DNA of 36,933 nucleotides from Bipalium vagum (Eukaryota): NCBI GenBank assembly GCA_037834085.1, contig JBBMKC010184296.1, positions 1 to 36,933 of the forward strand, read 5' to 3'. Shown piece by piece: positions 13,251 to 25,299 of this stretch (position 1 is its first letter; each line of letters starts with the position of its first letter). The notes under the pieces were generated by a model. It saw only the letters and a program-made list of their open reading frames with translations, ran no database searches and was not told where the DNA came from. The position numbers and the translations under genes were made by a program.

Positions 13251-15560
13251 GTGATGGAAAGTATTTTTCTGACACTTGTAATTTTTGTGTTAAAACCTTT
13301 GTTTTTGAAACTTGTTAATATTTATTGTTTCCGCTTGCTAATTAGAAACTTATTATATATCTACATCTTGAATACTTATATAAATAAAATGCCCAAATTA
13401 TAATTTCTTAAGTTTTATAAATTATTATTGGAAATTTTTTTCTGATTGTAAATAGATTTTTACTTTTAATAGTTTGAAATAAAAATTTTATATATGTATT
13501 AAAAGGAATTAAGAAATATTGTCATGTGCAAACGTTTATTGGGTGAATCGTTCAGAAAAATTTTAGTATATTTGAATATGAACAAGAAATCAATTAAAAC
13601 TATTATGACAGAAATTAAAGATTCACAAGCAGAAGCGAGGACCAAAAATGAAGATAAAGAAGGCTGATGTTCTTAATATCAGAATCACTATATCAAAAGA
13701 GGCTGATAATCACCACAAGGTTACATGCAACAAAGTACTGCAGTTAACCAATATAAATGTGTCCAGCAGAACGCTATCTAATTTGATGCTAAAGAATGAC
13801 ATGTGATATCGAAAGGTGGCACAGAAAATTATGGTTTCTAAAAAACATAAATTAAAAAGAATTTGTTTCGCTTCACAGAGGATTGGACAGAATATTGATT
13901 GGAATACAGCGATATTTATGGATGTAAAAAGATTTGTTCAATATTTAGTGTATCAAATCTAAACCTGACTCCAAAATCTTAGGTGGTGCAAATCAAAACA
14001 ATCAGTAAAGCAACACTTGTATTTATAACACACCAAAATAAAAATACAATATACTGAAAATTCAAAAGATAATGCAAAAGACTGGGATCACAATAAATGT
14101 CTGAAATGTTCCACACCCTTACACTATCTGATAACCATACACATAATCGTTTAATATTAAATCAATACTAATAATGAAATATTATCAAAATTACAATAAA
14201 ATATTACTTGTAAAATTACCATTTACTTAAGATAAAAGAAAACAAAAAGGAAAAGTCTTACGACTTAGTTGACACTAAACTAAGCACAGTCCAATAATAC
14301 AAGTTTGAATATACTTGAAAACACTTCTTCTGCTCGAATGAATACTTTGAATAACTTTTCCGAATAATTTCTCGAATAACTTCTATTCACGTTCTCTGAG
14401 GGGCGAAAATCTACTGAAATCCCTTAGCTTATATACTATTTGGGACTGATCTTCATTTGGGAAATATTCTTCAGATACTCTCAAAATTATACTTGAAATT
14501 CTAAAAATTTAATCACAATTCCAAAACTGCCTAAGAATTCCCTAAAAATTATTTCATTATGACCCTTATTCTTTATTAAAATACAAATTATTTTTCAAGG
14601 ATTATTTTATTTTTTAAAGTATTTTCAAAATAAAACTCCTGGGAATTTTTCAATTACTTTTCCAGTATTAATTAATTTTAATTATTAATATTATCATTAT
14701 TAGTATTTATACATTATTTATAGTTTTTATTACTTATTTTTCCCCGGAGGGTGTCTTGGGTAAACCCAACAGATTCATTCTTGACGTTCCAGACAACTGG
14801 TATTAAATAATTATTGATATTTTAAAGACGTTTGGATACATAGTCTTCCGTATGTTAGGAAGGGGGAAACTACATGGCATCAAAAATGACAATGTCTAGG
14901 TAGAGGAATTATGGCGTGGGATATGACTATGCCACGCGTTCTAATTGCTGTCAAAATTTTTCAAGGAAAACAAAACAATGGAAAATACATTCGCCTTTTT
15001 AAAGACTTTGCTGTGCTCATTATAAATCTCAATTATCATGAAGGCTATCGTGTGATTCAGGATAATTGTAAAATCCATCTTTCCAAAATTTTCAATTACA
15101 TTCGGTAATAATATTTTTCCAAATCCTGAATTGGCCAGCTAGATCTTGAACATGATTTCAGAAATTGTGTATGATAACTACCAACCTAAAGTTAAGCATG
15201 AATTGGTAAACAGAATATATATTGCTGTTTTGGAGATAAATAGTCACAAACAATCAATTATTATTGATTTATATAGCAAGTTTAGGTACAAACTACTTAA
15301 AGTGCTAATGTGACAGGAAATGTTATTAATTAATATTTATGTTAGGAAATAAATTTTTTTCAGTTAGTATCAGAAAAACTTTTCCCATTTTAAAATTTAC
15401 AATTTAAAAATGTTATTTAAACAAATCTTCAAAATAAAAATATTTATTAAATATCTTATTGGCATCCAAAAACTATAAATATCGATAACTTTCAAAAGTA
15501 TATAATATTTTATCTGTTTTCACATAAATTGCAAGTGTCAGAAAAAATATTTTCCACCCG
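13251..15560 (+). mobile_element. Tc1-family DNA transposon with long TIRs, interrupted by a solo LTR
   Basis: TA-flanked TIRs GTGATGGAAAGTATTTTTCTGACACTTGTAATTT and AAATTGCAAGTGTCAGAAAAAATATTTTCCACCCG, with weaker similarity extending about 100 nt inward. Transposase relics: DWNTAIFMDVKRF|ILDVPDNW, IMAW, IQDNCKIH. Confidence 0.88.
13935..14771 (-). mobile_element. Solo LTR (837 bp), probably gypsy/Metaviridae type
   Basis: TGTT...AACA termini and a 4-bp TSD GATT (13931-13934, 14772-14775). Removing it restores the Tc1 frame DVKRFILDVPDNW. Minus-strand TATA (TAGTATATAAG, about 14428-14438) followed by Inr-like TCAGT. Confidence 0.85.
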
Positions 15561-16199
15561 TATACATACTTAAATTTATAATGAATTATTTTTAAAATAA
15601 GTGCAACAAATAACTAAGAAATTCCTCAAGTCTGACAAGCTTCCTCATAGTTTCAATTAAAAGTTAGAGATGATTTAGTCCTTTTAATTTTCGTTGATTT
15701 TCTCAGGGAAAAATTTTTGGGAATGGACAGAACCCAAAGATCCAAAGATAGTTTGGTTAAAAATAAAATCAATAATAATTTCATTATTACTTTTTTTTAA
15801 TTGATTAGTTGATGGATGGCACCAAGAAATGAGGCAAGGATTAATTCTCAAAAAACGTAGGGGGTGAAACGGTTTTGGAAGTCAACTTCACCGTTCAAGA
15901 TATTTAATCGAACATTGATCCAAGGTGAAGTTACATTAATATACGGTTAGTGACAGAAAATTGGAAACCATTTCAGGATTTCATTTGGCTGCGATTAGAA
16001 ACATGAGAGTTACCTTCTTGATTGATTTTTTTGGAAAATGTTATGACTTTTTGAATGATTAATTTTTAATTATTATTAATACACTCTTATTCCTTAAAAT
16101 GTATCAGATATTCCGAATTATATATAAAAAGATATTACAATAAAATTTTTATTTAACGAGACAAATTGCAAGAATCACTGTTACATCACTGCAAATCTC

Positions 16200-16915
16200 C
16201 ATTAAGGGCTCTATCGAAATGATTATCAAAATCTAACATTACCAGAAAACGATTACGTACAAAGTCTTGGATGAAACCGGATTAAGAAACCAAAACCACA
16301 ATGCCAATACTAACCGATGAATGGCCAAACACAAGATCAATGCCAACCAGATAAAAGAAGACAACAGAAAAGGCAGAACATAAAAACAATTGCGCATTTA
16401 GAAACAGTATTAAATGATGATGAAAAAGCGTATCATAAAAAAATTATTGATTTTTTTAACCTGGATTCAAGAAATAATTATGGGTATTCTCTTAAAATGT
16501 AAAAGCTTTTTGTTTGGTTCCTCCTAATAAACGTCAGTATTTTCACTTTTGTCTTCAGAAAAACTTTTCAAACCAAAATAAATGACGGACCTTACAGTGG
16601 AAACTTTCGTTTGAATTCCCGGAGGTTTTCGTTGTCCTTTACAAAGCATTGAAAACCCGATTCTACTAATGAATAATGTGAGGTTTCACCGTATAATGGA
16701 AGTTACATGCATATTCCCAAAATCTAAACCCGATTGAGGATGTTTTTAAACCGTAAAGTCGTGCTACTATCACGTTCGTTCTGTTCCGAAAACTTATGAT
16801 GAGGTTAGGAAACAATGTTGAAAGTAACTACTGATATGAATGAACTATTGAATGATGGTGGTGATTATCAGAAAAGATTTTTAGATAACGCCTTTAATGG
16901 AGATTTGCTCTGATA
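16200..16915 (+). mobile_element. IS630/Tc1-superfamily (DDE_3) transposase pseudogene
   Basis: Fragments FNLDSRNNYGYS, INDGPYSG, ILLMNNVRFH and AYSQNLNPIEDVF in broken frames; boundaries approximate. Confidence 0.75.
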
Positions 16916-17164
16916 TGTAACAGTGATTCTTGCAATTTGTCTCGTCTTACTGTTTTTTCTTGTTAAATATCAATTTCATTGTATTTTCTTTTTATATAAA
17001 AATGGGAATATTTTAAATATTTTGAGGTTTATTTTATATATCATCGAGATTTGAAAATAATAAGTCCCCTCAAAATTTTAAACAAATTAAGAACGGAATA
17101 TTTCTATGACAATAATAAAAATATTTTATTTCAATAATTTTAAAGAAGAACTCGAGCTCTTGTT

Positions 17165-17625
17165 TTAATGGCATTTCGAAATGAGCACCATAGCTCCGTT
17201 GATGAATCTTAGTGATGCTCTAAATAAATAAAATATATAATACAAGGAATCTAATTTTATTACTTTTTGCAAGTGTATGTTGGCATAGTGTTGGGTGCAT
17301 GGAATCCTGTAATTTTGCACCTTACACATTTTGCTCCAATACCGTATTGGTATATCTTGTATCCATCGGCCAGAACATCCTGTTTATTCAGAAGCACGTA
17401 AGGTTTTCCTATACATATAAAGAGGAGGAGTAATGGTCGATAAGATAATAATAATGATAATAAAAATAATAAAACATTAAAGAAACAGGTCACAAAGCAC
17501 ATTTGGGACTAAATGTATATTTAGTATCTACCATTTTTCATGTATCCCTCTCCTTCAAAATAGGGCTCCTTGGTATAGGCCATTACACAAAGCAGTGCAA
17601 GACAAATTGTGAGAAACCAATTCAT
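17165..17625 (-). CDS. Small secreted Cys-containing protein of unknown family, 3 exons, 97 aa
   Basis: Exons 17625-17532, 17408-17264, 17219-17165; GT-AG introns of 123 and 44 nt with matching phases (1, 2). Protein MNWFLTICLALLCVMAYTKEPYFEGEGYMKNGKPYVLLNKQDVLADGYKIYQYGIGAKCVRCKITGFHAPNTMPTYTCKKASLRFINGAMVLISKCH. Signal-peptide-like N-terminus; AATAAA at 17130-17125. Confidence 0.8.
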
Positions 17626-18139
17626 TGTTTAATGAACGATCACAAATTCTGCAACCTTTTATTCAAAATGGTGCCCGAGAAAGGTGAGCAAATATTTCTC
17701 ATTAGCATTAATTATTGCCTGAATTCAAACAAAAAAGTCGTAATGTAATAGCCAGTACAAAGAAATAAAACACCATACTGTTCGGTCATTATGTTAATTT
17801 TCGAGAAAAACAAAGTCCGGATGTGCATTTTGTATTTCTCAGGAAATGATCACAGTTCGATCAAAAAAAATTATTTTATTACATATTAAAATCGATTTTA
17901 TTATTATTTTTATTTCAGCTGAGACCTGTGCCATTTTGATAATTATGAAAGTAAAATATAAAAATTTTCTAAAATAATAATAATAATATCTCTTGTCGGC
18001 ATAGAAACAATTTCTAATATTACTTATGTTAAATTCCTCCTTAATATGCGTGACTGATTATAGAATTAAATTAATGTTTCGTGCATTTGTTAGCAGCAGC
18101 TGATAATTTTAAACTTTTGCCAATTCTGGGCAAATAATA

Positions 18140-18868
18140 AAAGTTCTTTCTTTTGCAGATTTTTTTGAAAACTTTAGAGAAGTATGTTATGATTATTATG
18201 AAATAGATCCATGTTATTGTTATAGTGCACCTGGATTATCGTTGAATGGAGGATTAAAATATTCTCAAGTTAAATAAAAATATTTTAAACCAGAAACATT
18301 TAATCATTTGTTATTAATAGAAAAATGAATAAAAGAGGAATTTCATCAGTACATGGTAATAGACGAGTAAAATTAAATAATAAAATAGTTAATCATAAAT
18401 TTAATACTTGTTATGAACCTTTACCATATGAATGGAATAATGTTTTAAATGATTTTAACAAGAAAAACTTTGACTTCAGCTATTACTTTAAAGGAAGATG
18501 TCTAAAATATTATGATTCATGTTCATTTTATTCTACCTGTATGACAATGCCTTTACATACGGTTGAAATGTATGAAGATAAAAATGCAAATTATGAAAGA
18601 ACATCATCTGATAAAGTATGTAAACACCGATGTAAATGATTATAACAATACTTTAGATGAAAGTATAATAAATAAAGTAAATCATGGTATAAAATAAGAT
18701 AAACATAAAATCATTTTATATTCACAAAAGATAGCTTTATTACCATTCGATGATTAAAGAATAATTGATGGAATAACAACCTCTCCCCATGGACATCAAA
18801 TTAAATGTGATAAATGTAATGAATGGATATATAAATTAGATGAAATTAATAAACATCATCTATGTTAA
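18140..18868 (+). pseudogene. Protein-primed family B DNA polymerase (Polinton type), truncated and internally deleted
   Basis: ADFFENFREVCYDYYEIDPCYCYSAPGLS..GLK, RGISSV, LKYYDSCSFYSTCMTMPL (motif A-like) and the C-terminal KIALLPFDD*RIIDGITTSPHGH. No YxDTDS seen. Confidence 0.88.
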
Positions 18869-18898
18869 ATTTATTATACATAAATAATATTTTTAAAA

Positions 18899-19051
18899 AT
18901 GAGTGAAATAGATAAAAAATATTTCGACTTAAACAAATTCTTGTATTTAAAAAGTTTATATCCTGAATTACAAAATATAACAATAAATTCCTTACAAGAT
19001 ATTTATGATTATTTAGAAATCGTATATTATATTTTCCCTTGCGAAGATTAA
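18899..19051 (+). CDS. Small 50-aa ORF of the Polinton-like element, unknown function
   Basis: MSEIDKKYFDLNKFLYLKSLYPELQNITINSLQDIYDYLEIVYYIFPCED*, starting 30 nt after the PolB stop with AAAAATG context. Confidence 0.4.
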   Translation: MSEIDKKYFDLNKFLYLKSLYPELQNITINSLQDIYDYLEIVYYIFPCED

Positions 19052-19176
19052 AAATTTAATTTTATATTATATTTTTTTAATAAATCATACATTGAATATA
19101 ATGAATGGAGTGAATTATACAAAAAAAATTTAATTTAATAACTATATCACATAAAAGTATTTTTTTAGTTTTACAA

Positions 19177-19805
19177 ATGAAGAATCAGAACTTCAATATC
19201 AATAAAAGGGAAGCTTTAAATAACAAATTCACTTTTCAATTATAAACAAAGGAATGTTAGAAATTTTTTCAAATAAAAGCAAGTACAGATTTTTATTCAA
19301 AAAGAAATAATTGTAAATGTTGTCATCAAACCTATATTAAAAATTATAGAAATATTTCAGAAAATAAAATAAAATATGATTATCATAGAAATAGAATACA
19401 AGAGAATCCAATGTTTAAATTTGAACACAATTTATATACTATCTTAAATAGAGTTTTTAAAGAACACAGAGAATCAAAACATTCAAAAGAAGTATTTGGA
19501 TGTAGTTTTGATTTTTTACATGAATGGATTGAATTTCAATTTTAAGATGGAATGACTTGGGAAATTCATGGAAAATACTGGCATATAGATCATGTTTTAC
19601 CAATTTCAAAAATTAATTTAAATAATAAAAACATTTAAAATTTTGTTATAATTGGAAAATTTTAAGATCTTTAACTGTTCAAAAGAATTTATCAAAAAGT
19701 AATAAAGTAGATTATTGGCAATATATATTTCAAGAAATTAAAGCAAAATATTTTATAAAGGATTATGATAAAGAAATGATAAACTTTAATAATTTTTTAA
19801 AGTAA
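19177..19805 (+). pseudogene. HNH/endonuclease VII-like nuclease of giant-virus/phage type
   Basis: CKCC, then GCSFDFLHEWIEFQF*DGMTWEIHGKYWHIDHVLPISK..NW..LRSL..KNLSKSNK (WHIDH at 19579); stops and frameshifts present. Confidence 0.82.
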
Positions 19806-20874
19806 GTAATTCATTTTCATTATCTTTCAAAAATATTAGTAATAATAAAGCTATAATTTCATGGTGTGAATAAAATAACAGTTTTAAAAACGAAAAACTT
19901 TTTGAGTGAAATAAAAGAATAAATAAAGAAATTAGATTAGAATAATTTAGTATAGTAATTTTTTATATTAAAAATATTCTTTTATAAAATAAATAATTTT
20001 CTGCAAAATTTAAATAAAATAAAACAACATATAATTTCAACTTCAAATGATGAAAGTTTAATTAATTCTGTTAATTATTGATAATAAAACAATAATAAAA
20101 ATATCAAAGATAAAGATGTTGAAGAATATTTAAAAACACATTTAATAATGTAATGAATAATGTGGAAATATCTAAAAGAATGTTACACATTGATCCAAGT
20201 CTTGTAGGATATATAAAAGTTGTAGAAATACTTAAAGAATATTTACTCAATCAAAATCATTTAATAAATAATACTCTTTTTAATAAAATAAATATTGGTA
20301 TCATTTATCTCAAACAATTTAATAAAATAAAAACTTATTTATATAATGAGAATATACATATTAGTAAAGCAGGTTTCTATTTTTAATACCATTTTATAAA
20401 CTAGCTTATAAATACCCAAGATTTAAATTAATATATATTTCAAACAATTTTTGTCACAAAAATTTTGATATAATTAAAAAAGTTATTGCAAAAGATGTTG
20501 AATTTTGAAAATCTTCTGACGTTGCTTATATAGTCTCTACCAATCCTCGAAGAGGCACCTACGATGACTATATATATCTTCCAATGAAGATGAAGCTCGG
20601 TCTTTAAATAACCATGACTTTGATTAGAGAAATAAATTCAAATTAATTAAAAATTACCTAACAGTGTAAGACTTTAATGTAATAATTGTATATTTTGAAA
20701 TTAAATAAATTTATATTTTTACTTCTTATTTTCTAAATGGAAGAAAATGAGTATATAAAATATTTGTAAGATTATATTCATTAACTAACTATTATGATTT
20801 TTAATGAATAATTATTTTAAACTTTCTTTTACTAGCTTTAATTTAAGCTTTATTTTAGAGATTTTTTCTAACTT

Positions 20875-22025
20875 TTATTTCAATATTAAACATTTTCCAC
20901 CTAGTATTTTTATTTCCATAAATTTTTCTTTTAACAAAACGACATTGATTTTACCTTTAAAATCTGAATCTTTTAAAATATTTAAAGTAACAAATGCACC
21001 ATTAATACATGACGTTTCCGGTTGATCTTTTAAATCAAAACAAAATATAGAATATAGATTTTGAAATTCTAAAAAATTTAATTGAAGATCATTATTAAAG
21101 TATTTATATAATTAGAATAAGTTCTATTATTTTTCCTTTTTCATATTTTATAGGATTTAAAGGATAGTATGAACTATTAACTTGAACTTCTAAAATTTTT
21201 ATTTTATTTTGAATAAACAAAATATTATTTTTATTAAAATTAAATTCTGATTCTCTAAAACTATAAATATATGAATTGGTTTATTTGGTACATTATATAA
21301 TTGTAATGTTTGTGTAGTTCCTTCTGTTAAATTTCTTTCATCACAATTTCTAGATAAAAAAATTAGATTTATAGATTTTCCATCATATATTCTTACCAAA
21401 AGATTTAATTCAGTAGATGGATTTAATTGTAATTCTGGAATAAATAGTTTTAAATCTTTTAATTTCTCATATCCATTTGTTCCATAATATATTTCTTTAT
21501 CAATATCAATTTTTCTTGTAAATGTTAATTCTCCTTGCATGTTATAAATTACTCTCTTACAAAATTGTAAAAATCAAAACATTAATTTTAATGGAAATTC
21601 ACCAGAACTTGTTAATTTATAAATTTCTCTAATTTTAAATCCTTTATTATCTTTAGCTGGATTATCTTTAATTTTACCTGGTATCCAACAAATATTTGTT
21701 ATTGAATTTGATGAAATAACATTTTCAATTGATTTTATTTCAGTTGAACCTAATTTTAAAGTAGTATTAGAAAATAAATATGAAAAGAAGTTATTTTGTA
21801 AGTTTATATTTTCATTAGCTTTTATATCCTGAATTTCAATTTCAAAAACTAAAATTGGTTCTGATAAATCTAAAGCATTCACTGATTGTAATAAAGAAAA
21901 GTTAGATTTCCATTAGTACTTAAATTTGTTGCAGTTGCTGGATTTAAAGAAATTTCTAAATAGTCACATTTTTTAGTTGATAGGTCTTGGTGATAATAAT
22001 TATTATCTAGATTTAATTTAAACAT
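20875..22025 (-). pseudogene. Polinton/adintovirus major capsid protein (double jelly-roll), frameshifted
   Basis: About 380 aa across frames: LQNNFFSYLFS..LKLGSTEIKSIE, FPLKLMF.FLQFCKRVIYNMQGELTFTR, LFIPELQLNP, VQVNSSYYP, FQNLYSIFCFDLKDQPE. Lies directly downstream of the packaging ATPase. Confidence 0.8.
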
Positions 22026-22059
22026 TTTAATAGAAAAATTTTAAAAAATAAAAATGTTT

Positions 22060-22830
22060 TTATTCAAATGCCGAGTGTTTTACACTTTCTTCTTCTAAAT
22101 TAATAAAATAATAATTATATTTTTCTCTCATAATCAAGTTCATCTTTTTCCATAAAACTTGCTAACATTTTAGAATATTTTTATATCTCTATCTTATTTT
22201 GAAATCATAAATAAAATTTAAACATTTTCATTATTTCTTATACTTCTTAGGGCTAAATCAAAAAATGATTGAGATAAATATTTTACTGAACATTTATTAT
22301 GCCTTCTTCTTGTAAAATACATTTCCAATATATGTTTAATTTTTTCAATTATTACATCATTAAAAACAATCAATTTTTTCTTATTTTTTTCTAATTTATC
22401 TGGAGCTTGAATCTCATTTGCTTTATCAGATAAAGTTACATTTATAAAACGTTGTCTCCAAGGGGCTTTATATTCAAAAAGCTCGCTTTCAAGACCTTCA
22501 GTCACTTTCTCATCAAATTTATATTTAGTTTCATTTTTAAACAATTGACAAACTTCTTCTTTTGATAAACCATAATCAAAACAATCTTTTTATATTTTAA
22601 AGCTGGTTGAAGAAAAGCAGTTTTAGAAAAAATAATTAAATTGTTGTAATCCATATTATCTTTTTTAATAACATACTAGTATTATATAATAACATTGTTT
22701 TACCAGATCCAGAATGACCAAGTTTCAAATCCTAAAAGACTTGCTAATAAATTTTAAGTTGGAGATATTACTTCGCATCTTTTTGATAATTTCATAATAG
22801 AATTTGAAGAAATTGGATTAGGATTAATTT
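22060..22830 (-). pseudogene. A32/FtsK-like DNA packaging ATPase
   Basis: Walker A GHSGSGKT (22719-22696), Walker B-like LIVFND, and YFTRRRHNKCSVKYLSQSFFDL..SIRNN (GRH..SQ..IR.N signature). Confidence 0.9.
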
Positions 22831-23547
22831 TTATATAAAATTGTTTTAGAGGTTCTTATAAATTTTATTTTAAAGTTATAAATATCTTTTAGAGGTATAT
22901 ATCTTATCTCTATCTGACTCCTTAAGGAAGTTTACTGATTACAAAATAAACGATTTTAAAACTTTTATTTTTATTACACTTTTTACAAATTATTACAAGT
23001 TTTTAAAGATTTCTCTAAAATGAAAACGACAATATATATATTTAATTAAAGAAGATATTCAATCTACACTAAGAAATGTGTAAACGCCCTGAAGTAAAAT
23101 AGTGAATCTGATAACTAGTTTACGAGATCGTAATTGCTAGAATAACACAAAGAGAAAAAATAAGAAGTACTTTTTATAAAAACAGCAACGGGAAATTATC
23201 TTCACGCTCTGTGAAATTAATTAGTTAATTAAAGTGAATATAATAATTCACTTACACTTTAATTAGTATATTTCTTTCTTCCCAAAATGAATTATGATAA
23301 ACTCTATATAGTTATAATAAACTATTATTAGCTTTCAATTTTTCTTTCTTAGTTGTAATAAACTTAAAATTTTTGAAGGTGAATTTTTATGATTTTGCTT
23401 TGGGTATTTATACTATTTTTTATCATGTGTGCGAGTGTTTCTGTGATTGTCATTGGTACATTTGCGAATGAAGTTGTTTCCCCTTTTATTTTTATTGACG
23501 TCATTATGCGTGTTTATCAAATATTTTCAAGATTATAATTTGAACTA

Positions 23548-23751
23548 NNNNNNNNNNNNNNNNNNNNNNNNNNNNNNNNNNNNNNNNNNNNNNNNNNNNN
23601 NNNNNNNNNNNNNNNNNNNNNNNNNNNNNNNNNNNNNNNNNNNNNNNNNNNNNNNNNNNNNNNNNNNNNNNNNNNNNNNNNNNNNNNNNNNNNNNNNNNN
23701 NNNNNNNNNNNNNNNNNNNNNNNNNNNNNNNNNNNNNNNNNNNNNNNNNNN
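23548..23751. other. Assembly gap (N run)
   Basis: Run of N. An identical 71-bp sequence occurs on either side (23450-23520 and 23998-24068). Confidence 0.99.
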
Positions 23752-23997
23752 GTGTTTTTGCTTTTGTGTTTTTTGTGTGTTTTTTTTGTTTTGTGTGTTT
23801 TTGTTTTTGTTTTTTGTTTTTGTTTTGTTTTTGTGTTGTTTTTGTGTTTTTGATGTTTTTGTGTTTTTGATGTTTTTGATGTTTTTGTGTTTTTGTGTTT
23901 TTGTTTTTGTTTGTGTTTTTGTGTTTTTTGTTTTTGATGTTTTTGTTTTTGTGTTTTTGTGTGTTTTTGCTTTTGTGTTGTTTGTGTTTTTTTTTTT
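23752..23997. repeat. Low-complexity TTTTTG/TTTTTGTG tract
   Basis: Nearly pure T/G degenerate repeat abutting the gap. Confidence 0.9.
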
Positions 23998-24867
23998 TCA
24001 TTGGTACATTTGCGAATGAAGTTGTTTCCCCTTTTATTTTTATTGACGTCATTATGCGTGTTTATCAATTATTTTCACTGACGTCATTTATCATATTTTA
24101 TTATCAGCTTTATTATCTTACATTAATTTTTATTATATTTTTTTTAATATTTATGAATATTGATTTTATTATTTATTATTTTAATCAACACTTGGAATTT
24201 TAAATGCTGCTGGAATTTTAGACGTTGAATGCCACATGTCGAGACTTAGTCTTAATTGGAATAAATGTCACTTACCACTGAGTTATGCGTAATCATTCAA
24301 GGATATTAAATGTCATTTCAGCATTTATTTTTACAATTTTTATAAATCTCTTCCCAAATCTGGAAAAGTGTTACCAGACTAATCTGCATTGTCACAATGA
24401 TAAATATCAATCATTAAAACCCAGGAATGTGACCGTACATCAAATGTCAGAACTTTTATTCCCAGATTTTAGTCGCCTACTTTAAGTTATTATTTATTAT
24501 TATTTATTATTATTTTATTTATTATTTATTATTACTTAATTTATTATTGTAATACCCTTTTTATTTCAGGTCCTGCTTGTCGTCTCGCCGATCCTGCTAC
24601 ACTGCCCTGTGGATATGTTTTCAGGTTGAGTTATTTTATTCTTTTTTTATTTACTTTATTATTATTATTAACTTATTTTATTTATTAAAAAAAATTAATA
24701 TAAATTACAATCAAAATAAGTCGTAAAATGTAACAACTAAGTCATGACAATGATAAATTAAAATTTTCAACTACAATTAAAAATGTTTTACAATTAAAAT
24801 CACAAATAAATGTCTATAAATCAGATTAAATGTTTGATGAAACAAATGTTATCAGACCAACGATATC

Positions 24868-25109
24868 AATATCATCGACTGGCCTTCGAGGTCACCAGAC
24901 ATTAACATAGTGAAAACATCTGGAAGATGCTCAATGACTTTGTTTATGTTGAGAAGCAGCCGAAAAACTTTCTTGAACTGCGACAGAAAATCAATCAGGT
25001 TGCAGATATGATAAATAACACAAAACGACATGTAATTATTAATCTGTATAAAACTTTTAGAAGTAGGTTAGTCAATGTGTTGATTAAAAAAGGAAATATA
25101 ATTAATTAA
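24868..25109 (+). mobile_element. Tc1 transposase C-terminal fragment
   Basis: IIDWPSRSPDINIV..WKML..VY..QPKNFLELRQKI..LYKTFRSRLVNVLIKKGNIIN*; resembles the C-terminus of the 13251-15560 element. Confidence 0.85.
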
Positions 25110-25299
25110 GCTCGTCTTTCTTTTCTTCTCATAAAATAGTATAGTGGTATAAAAAATTATATCCTTTATTTCATTATCAATAATCAAAATTACAAAATAA
25201 TTTACAAAATAATATATTTCCAATTCAAAAATATATATCAGTACCTAGAAGATAACAACAGGTATATTTTTAAAATTGAACCGACAGAAATTCCTTAAT

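Larger units (their letters stand above)
18140..22830. mobile_element. Decayed endogenous Polinton/Maverick (adintovirus-like) element
   Basis: Intronless, extremely AT-rich block with pPolB and HNH on + converging on capsid and packaging ATPase on -. No integrase, protease, TIR or TSD recognised in the window. Confidence 0.9.

Noticed and set aside
23447-24203. Long ORFs (F/V/C-rich and K/T/Q/N-rich) and a 71-bp direct repeat around the gap
   Set aside because: The ORFs run through Ns and a T/G low-complexity tract. The identical duplication on both sides of a gap is most simply a scaffolding artefact.
24570-24625. Isolated GC-richer exon-like segment flanked by AG/GT
   Set aside because: No partner exons or recognisable product found.
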